From: Candidatus Falkowbacteria bacterium
Lineage (GTDB): Bacteria; Patescibacteriota; Patescibacteriia; JACRDY01
DNA length: 64,000 nucleotides
Direction of reading: 5' to 3'
Assembly: GCA_016218485.1 (NCBI GenBank)
Contig: JACRDY010000059.1
Span: 11,529 to 75,528 of the forward strand
Shown piece after piece: positions 58,478-64,000 of this stretch. Positions within the stretch are counted from its first letter, which is position 1; the number at the start of each line of letters is the position of its first letter. A program made the position numbers and the translations under genes. Under the pieces are notes generated by a model. That model was not told the DNA's origin. It did not search any database and worked only from the letters and a program-made list of their open reading frames with translations.

Positions 58478-60109
58478 ATGCCTAAATGTAAACAATGCAC
58501 CACCGATTTCCCCATCACCGACGCAGACAAAACGTTCTACGCCAAGATTGACGTACCTAAACCGACGCGCTGTCCGCAATGCCGCCGCGTTCGCCGATTG
58601 AGCTACCGTAATGAAATCACATTGTATCCCGCCATCTGTGGTTTGTGTAAGAAAAGCATGATCAGCATGTACAACCCGGACGGATCGTATGTGGTGTATT
58701 GTCAGGATTGCTGGTGGGGAGACGGCTGGGACCCGACGGCATCCGGTCAGACGTATGATCCGAGCCGATCATTTTTTGAACAATTTAGTGAGTTGATGAA
58801 AAAAGTGCCGCGGATCAGTTTGATTAATAAAGAAGCGGACAATAGCGAGTACTGTAATTTTTCTTGGCGGAACAAAAATTCCTACCTTTTATTTACCGGC
58901 GGAGAGAACGATGACGTGTTTTATGCTAATCGCTGCTGGAAGTGCCGGAGTAGTATTGATTGCTCCAACCTGTATAATTGTGAATTGTGTTATGAAGCGA
59001 CTGATTCCGCCAATTGTTATAATTGCGCTTGGCTAGAATACTCAACCGGCTGCTCTGACTGTTGGCTGGGGTACAACCTTAGCGGCTGCTCGGACTGTTT
59101 CGGCTGCGTTAACCTGTCTAATCAGAAATTTCATATTTTTAATACCCCGGTACCTGAAGCCGAGTACCGTCAGCGGATCGCGGAGTTGAAGAAGGACCTG
59201 CCGGCGGCGGCGCAGCTATTTCGGGCACAAAAAATGAAAGGGGTGCGCAAGTACGCCAATATTATAAAATCAGTGAATTGCAGCGGTGATTCAATCGTTG
59301 GCAGCAAGAATTGCCAGTCGTGTTTCCGGGTCAAAGACGCGGAAGACTGCAAGTACGTTTGCGATACGACATTGATCAAAGACAGCTATGACGTTGATAA
59401 CGATGATCATTCAGAATTGCTCTATGAGTGCATTGGTAACGAGTCCAACCATAATCAGCAATTCATTGACATCTGCTGGTTTGATCGGGATATTCAGTAC
59501 TGTAGCCTCTGCATGAGCTCAAAGAATCTGTTTGGCTGTGTGGGAATGAAAAACGCGGAGTACTGTATTTTGAATAAAAAATATTCAGCGGAAGAATATG
59601 AGACGCTACGCCAGCAGATTATTGTCAAAATGAAACAAGATGGGGAATATGGTGAGTTTTTTCCCAGTAAATTTTCGCCCTTTGGTTATAATGAGACGAA
59701 CGCCTCCCTGTATTACGAGCTCAAAAAAGAGCAGGCTGTTGCCGCCGGCTTTACCTGGCAGGACAATTTGCCGTCAACGACTGGTAAAGAAACGCTCAAG
59801 GAATTACCGGCGGACATTAGCCAGGTAAACGAGGGGATTACCAAAGAGATTTTGGCCTGCCAGTCGTGCGGTAAGAATTATAAATTTATTCCCCAGGAAG
59901 TGAAACTGTATAAAATGCTCGGCGTACCGCTCCCGCCACAGTGTTTCCGCTGTCGTCATGTTGGCCGGATCCACCGACGGAATGGCCAGACACTCTATAG
60001 CCGCACCTGCATGAAAGACGGCTGCAAGAATTCATTTGAGACGCCATACGCGCCGGATCGGAAAGAAGTGGTTTACTGTGAGGAGTGCTATCAGAAGGAA
60101 ATTTACTAA
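58478..60109 (+). CDS. Cys-rich multi-zinc-ribbon repeat protein, paralog 5
   Basis: Same architecture. Confidence 0.8.
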   Translation: MPKCKQCTTDFPITDADKTFYAKIDVPKPTRCPQCRRVRRLSYRNEITLYPAICGLCKKSMISMYNPDGSYVVYCQDCWWGDGWDPTASGQTYDPSRSFFEQFSELMKKVPRISLINKEADNSEYCNFSWRNKNSYLLFTGGENDDVFYANRCWKCRSSIDCSNLYNCELCYEATDSANCYNCAWLEYSTGCSDCWLGYNLSGCSDCFGCVNLSNQKFHIFNTPVPEAEYRQRIAELKKDLPAAAQLFRAQKMKGVRKYANIIKSVNCSGDSIVGSKNCQSCFRVKDAEDCKYVCDTTLIKDSYDVDNDDHSELLYECIGNESNHNQQFIDICWFDRDIQYCSLCMSSKNLFGCVGMKNAEYCILNKKYSAEEYETLRQQIIVKMKQDGEYGEFFPSKFSPFGYNETNASLYYELKKEQAVAAGFTWQDNLPSTTGKETLKELPADISQVNEGITKEILACQSCGKNYKFIPQEVKLYKMLGVPLPPQCFRCRHVGRIHRRNGQTLYSRTCMKDGCKNSFETPYAPDRKEVVYCEECYQKEIY

Positions 60110-60111
60110 CA

Positions 60112-60190
60112 AGGGAACGACACGCCCTCTGGGCGTGTTATGTCGGTTACACGCTCTGTAACGATAACACAGCCAGAGGCTGTGTCGCTC
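60112..60190. repeat. Inter-paralog palindrome (same family as 56566-56650)
   Basis: Near-identical. Confidence 0.8.
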
Positions 60191-60200
60191 CGAACAGCAT

Positions 60201-61841
60201 ATGCCAACCTGTAAACAATGCACCACCGACTTTCCCATCACCGACGCAGACAAAACGTTCTACGCTAAGATTAGCGTACCCGAGCCGACGCGCTGTCCGG
60301 ACTGCCGGCAGCAGCGACGGTTGTCGTGGGTCAATGAAATGAATCTATATCCCCGTCAGTGCGACCTATCAGGTAAAAATATTATTTCGTCATGTCGGCC
60401 GGATAGCGGCTTGATTATTTATGATACTCACCGGTGGTGGGGTGACGGCTGGGAAGGTCTGAATTTTGGGGTTGAGTATAATGAGGGTCAAAAATTTTTT
60501 GATCAATTTTTTGCATTACATAAGACCGTACCCCATCCAGCGCTCAACGTTACCTATGGCACGTTGATTGACAGCGAGTACGTGAATTACTGTGGTCATA
60601 CCAAAAGTAGCTACCTGATATTTGACAGTGACTACGATGAGGATTGCTATTACTGCTATTCAGTTAATAATTCTAAAGACCTGGTTGATTGTTTAAAAAT
60701 GCAGCGTTCTGAATTGTGCTATAGCTGTATTGACTGCGATGAATGTTTTAACTTGTTTTACTCTCAAGATTGTTTGCGCTGTTCCGAGAGTTATTGGTTA
60801 AAAAACTGTTACAACTGCGTCAATTGTTTTGGCTGCGTGAATGCGCGGAATCAGAAGTATTGTTGGTTCAACGAACAATTAACGCCGGAAGAATATCAAC
60901 GTCGTTTAGCCGGAGCTACCATCAGCAGCCGTCAGGCGGTTAGACAGTGGCAGACGAAGTATGCGGATTTTAGATTGCAGTATCCCTGTATTTACCAGCA
61001 CGGGATCAAAAATGACGGCTGTACCGGCGATTACCTGAAAAACACCAATCAAGTCGCTGATTCGTATGATTGCTGGGAGGCGCAGAATTGCCGCTACTGT
61101 TACGCGATTTATTTTTCCTCAAAAGATATGTATGACGTTTTCCAGTGGGGGAATTGTCAGCTGATGTATGAAGGCGTGGTGGTGGGGGAGAATGATTATA
61201 ACTGCAAATTTTGTTTCCAATGCTATAACAGCTGTCAAAACCTAGAATACTGTTTTGAGAGTCATGGCTGCAAAAACTGCTTTGGCTGTGTTGGCTTAAA
61301 GAAAAAAGAATTTTGCATTCTTAATAAACAGTATACCGAACCGGAGTACTTACGATTACGGGAACAGATTATTCAGAAAATGAAAGCCGATGGTGAATAT
61401 GGCGAGTTTTTCCCGGCGGCATATTCTCCGTTTGGTTATAATGAAACGACGGCCCGGTTTTACTATCCGTTGTCGCGCGAGCAGGCGCTGGAACGTGGCT
61501 GGCGCTGGTTTGATCAAGAGGAAAAGAACGTTGATCATAAAGCACCGCCGGATGATTTGGGAATGGTGACCGAGGATATATTGAGAGAAACGTACGTCTG
61601 CGCCTGTGGCAAGTCGTTCAAAATTATTCCCCAGGAATGGAAATTTTATCAGAATTTAAAAATCCCTCTGCCCGATCAATGTTACATCTGCCGTCATCAG
61701 GATAGACTACGGCAGCGCAACCCGCAGCATCTCTGGCCGCGTCAGTGTGCCAAATGTCAGAAAGACATGCAGACGACATATGCTCCGGACCGGCCGGAAA
61801 TAGTCTACTGTCGTGAATGTTTCCGCGAGGCAGTGTATTAG
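60201..61841 (+). CDS. Cys-rich multi-zinc-ribbon repeat protein, paralog 6
   Basis: Same architecture; C-terminus diverged to YCRECFREAVY. Confidence 0.8.
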   Translation: MPTCKQCTTDFPITDADKTFYAKISVPEPTRCPDCRQQRRLSWVNEMNLYPRQCDLSGKNIISSCRPDSGLIIYDTHRWWGDGWEGLNFGVEYNEGQKFFDQFFALHKTVPHPALNVTYGTLIDSEYVNYCGHTKSSYLIFDSDYDEDCYYCYSVNNSKDLVDCLKMQRSELCYSCIDCDECFNLFYSQDCLRCSESYWLKNCYNCVNCFGCVNARNQKYCWFNEQLTPEEYQRRLAGATISSRQAVRQWQTKYADFRLQYPCIYQHGIKNDGCTGDYLKNTNQVADSYDCWEAQNCRYCYAIYFSSKDMYDVFQWGNCQLMYEGVVVGENDYNCKFCFQCYNSCQNLEYCFESHGCKNCFGCVGLKKKEFCILNKQYTEPEYLRLREQIIQKMKADGEYGEFFPAAYSPFGYNETTARFYYPLSREQALERGWRWFDQEEKNVDHKAPPDDLGMVTEDILRETYVCACGKSFKIIPQEWKFYQNLKIPLPDQCYICRHQDRLRQRNPQHLWPRQCAKCQKDMQTTYAPDRPEIVYCRECFREAVY

Positions 61842-61844
61842 ACA

Positions 61845-61900
61845 CAGATTACACAGATAATCACAACTGGCACAGATCCGTGTGATCTGTGTAATCTGTG
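61845..61900. repeat. cacagat heptamer-based palindrome
   Basis: gacacagattacacagataatcaca...gtgatctgtgtaatctgtgtc. Confidence 0.7.
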
Positions 61901-61904
61901 TCTA

Positions 61905-61965
61905 AAAAAAAGAGCCGGCGGACGCGCCAGGCGAGGTGGATACTTCGCGCGTCCGTCGGTTTTTT
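61905..61965. terminator. Bidirectional intrinsic terminator (cggacgcgc...gcgcgtccg stem with T-runs on both strands)
   Basis: Read directly. Confidence 0.7.
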
Positions 61966-62257
61966 AGTGCAGTAGCGGAGTGTCGCTGCTGGCTCCGCAG
62001 TCGTGGATGACGGGACCCGGAGCATCGTCAGCGGTGAAGCTGACATTACAGATGTTGCAATACCATCGCGTGCCGCCTTCACCGACCACGGCCATCCGTG
62101 TTTTGGCTGGCGGCGTCGCCGCCGGTGCGGTGGTGGCGAATGCGGTTGTTGTCAGTACTGTGTGGCATTCCGGGCAGCGTCCGGTACTGGCGGACGGATC
62201 ACCGTGCCAGCCGCACCCCGCACAAGTCGTATACTGTCTGGCTTGCATCCCAGGCAT
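61964..62257 (-). CDS. small GC-rich double zinc-ribbon protein
   Basis: 97 aa; CAGCGWHG...CPEC and YCNICN...HDCG halves joined by a Thr/Ala/Pro linker; ggagggg RBS 5 nt upstream. Confidence 0.55.
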   Translation of the reverse strand: MPGMQARQYTTCAGCGWHGDPSASTGRCPECHTVLTTTAFATTAPAATPPAKTRMAVVGEGGTRWYCNICNVSFTADDAPGPVIHDCGASSDTPLLH

Positions 62258-62411
62258 TGTCCCCTCCTATGGTTTGAGGATGTCTATAGGGTACAGGGAT
62301 TTTTTCTTTTTGTCAAAGGTATTTAAAAGGTATTTAAAATCCACATTATTTTCGGGGGACGAATTTTGTGCTATACTGTGTTTACCGATATATCAATAAT
62401 TAAAGAGGTAT

Positions 62412-62532
62412 TTAGATATTAGAAATTAGATATTGGAAATTAAAGACTCTACTTTTCTGGTTAACCGGGGTTTTAAAATCTTGGTTAAGAAAGACATTGC
62501 TGACAAACAATTTCCAATATCTAATTTCCAAT
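62412..62532. repeat. Complete composite palindromic element (agatattagaaattagatattggaaatt ... ggttaaccggggttttaaaatcttggttaag ... caatttccaatatctaatttccaatttct) upstream of eno
   Basis: Related to 8070-8215 and 2478-2512. Confidence 0.7.
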
Positions 62533-62543
62533 TTCTATTTTTT

Positions 62544-63803
62544 ATGAAAATAAAACAAATCCGCGCTCGTGAGATTCTTGATTCTCGCGGCGACCCGACC
62601 GTTGAGGTCGAGGTAGTGTTGAGGAACGGCATTCGGGTGAAAGCTTCAGTACCCTCCGGCGCTTCCACGGGCGCGCATGAGGCTTGGGAGTTCCGTGACG
62701 GCGACAAGAAACGGTACGGTGGTAAGGGTGTGTTGAAAGCGGTACGAAACGTCAATGACAAAATCGCGCCGATGCTTCTGGGCCAGCGTGCCAATAAGCA
62801 GTCGTACCTGGATGAACTGATGATTAAGTTGGACGGCACCAAGAACAAGCAGAATCTCGGCGCTAATGCCATTCTCGGTGTGTCACTGGCAGTTGCCCGC
62901 GCCGCCGCGGCGAGTAAAGGCTGGCCTTTGTATAAATACCTCCGGACGTTGTCGTCGCTGGAACTGATGCGCTACCAGCTGCCCATGCCGATGTTTAATA
63001 TTTTTAACGGCGGTAAGCACGCCGACACCAATCTTGATTTCCAGGAATTCATGATCATCCCGAAAGGGCTGAACGGCAGCTTCGCGGAAAAAGTTCGGGC
63101 GGGCGCGGAAGTCTTTCATGCGCTTGGTAAAGTGCTCTTGGCCAACGGCAAAGATACCGATGTGGGGAATGAGGGCGGGTACGCGCCGGATATTCACCTG
63201 ACGACTGACGCCATCAAGTATATTCTGACGGCGATTACCAAAGCCGGATACAATAAGGGTAAACAGCAGATTTTTCTCGGCACTGACGTGGGCGCGTCCG
63301 AGCTCTACCGCAAGAGCCAAAAAGAGTATCATTTTCAGCTCGGGGTTCATCGCCTCAACCGTCAGCAGATGATTGACGAGTTTGCCGAATGGCTGACTAA
63401 GTATCCATTCTGTTCCATTGAAGACCCGCTGGATCAGGATGATTGGCTCGGCTGGCAGCAAATCACCAAACAGCTGGGCAGAAAGGTGATGCTGGTGGGC
63501 GATGATCTGTTTGTTACCAATGTCGATCGTTTAACCATAGGTATTAGTAAAAATGCGGGCAATGCCGTTTTGGTCAAGCTCAATCAAGTCGGCAGCCTGT
63601 CTGAAACCCTGCGCTGTATTGAGCTGGCTAAGGCGCATCGCTACAATGTGGTGATTTCGCACCGCTCTGGTGAAACATCCGATGATTTTATCGCTGATCT
63701 GGCCGTGGCGGTCAATGCCGAGTATATCAAGTCAGGGTCGCTGTCCCGCGGCGAGCGTCTGGCCAAGTATAATCGGCTGATGGAAATTGAGAGAGAAATT
63801 TAA
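62544..63803 (+). CDS. eno: enolase
   Basis: MKIKQIRAREILDSRGDPTVEVEV... the ORF-track start at 62433 is an upstream extension through the repeat. Confidence 0.95.
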   Translation: MKIKQIRAREILDSRGDPTVEVEVVLRNGIRVKASVPSGASTGAHEAWEFRDGDKKRYGGKGVLKAVRNVNDKIAPMLLGQRANKQSYLDELMIKLDGTKNKQNLGANAILGVSLAVARAAAASKGWPLYKYLRTLSSLELMRYQLPMPMFNIFNGGKHADTNLDFQEFMIIPKGLNGSFAEKVRAGAEVFHALGKVLLANGKDTDVGNEGGYAPDIHLTTDAIKYILTAITKAGYNKGKQQIFLGTDVGASELYRKSQKEYHFQLGVHRLNRQQMIDEFAEWLTKYPFCSIEDPLDQDDWLGWQQITKQLGRKVMLVGDDLFVTNVDRLTIGISKNAGNAVLVKLNQVGSLSETLRCIELAKAHRYNVVISHRSGETSDDFIADLAVAVNAEYIKSGSLSRGERLAKYNRLMEIEREI

Positions 63804-63895
63804 GATTGCAGATTTCAGATTGCAGATTGGTATAGTAGTAACGTTACGTACCAACCCAATCTGCAATCTGAAATCTGCAATCTGAAATCTACTAT
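63785..63895. repeat. gattgca / gatttca heptamer-based palindrome between eno and gpmI
   Basis: Read directly. Confidence 0.75.
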
Positions 63896-64000
63896 GTCCC
63901 ACACTTTCCAGCCCACTGTCCTCTGCATCCTTGATGGTTTTGGCGTGGCCAAGCCGTCAAAGGCGAATGCCGTGACGCGCGCCAAGATGCCGGTCTATAC
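63894..64000 (+). CDS. gpmI: 2,3-bisphosphoglycerate-independent phosphoglycerate mutase, 5' fragment (runs off the window)
   Basis: MSHTFQPTVLCILDGFGVAKPSKANAV matches the iPGM N-terminus. Confidence 0.75.
   Translation, partial: MSHTFQPTVLCILDGFGVAKPSKANAVTRAKMPVY

Overview
This 64-kb window is bacterial and gene-dense, with a baseline GC near 50-55%. Its composition (small housekeeping gene clusters, PilT, PBP2/MurF, a large single-chain PurL, and a eukaryote-like GSII) suggests a small-genome, possibly candidate-phylum lineage, but no taxon is assigned. The GSII and several hypotheticals are distinctly GC-richer than baseline.

Recognisable genes:
- A complete thymidylate pathway cluster on the minus strand: dCMP deaminase, dNMP-kinase-like, dut, thyA, DHFR, tmk-like.
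- secE-nusG-rplK-rplA, and rpsB-tsf-gap.
- uvrA, uvrB and uvrC, at three separate places.
- pilT with an upstream pilin-like gene, PBP2 and murF.
- typA, dedA, eno and the 5' end of gpmI.
- tRNA-Glu(UUC) and one atypical tRNA.

Three things stand out:
- A 10.5-kb tandem array of six paralogous cysteine-rich, multi-zinc-ribbon proteins (51.4-61.8 kb). Their 5' and 3' ends are near-identical at the DNA level, their cores have diverged, and palindromic repeats sit between them. I could not place them in any known family.
- A low-GC island holding a DGQHR (DndB-like) protein and a 46-aa lysine-rich protein, next to a DUF559 pseudogene.
- An intergenic repeat landscape of at least six sequence-unrelated palindromic repeat families. 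It also includes tandem heptamer arrays, two of which place (CUAAGGA)n Shine-Dalgarno-like repeats directly in front of nusG and pilT.

Other anomalies:
- A G10 tract splitting a GT-C glycosyltransferase.
- A duplicated typA start that forms a uORF.
- A duplicated structured leader before rplK and rplA.
- A ~590-bp unexplained non-coding stretch.
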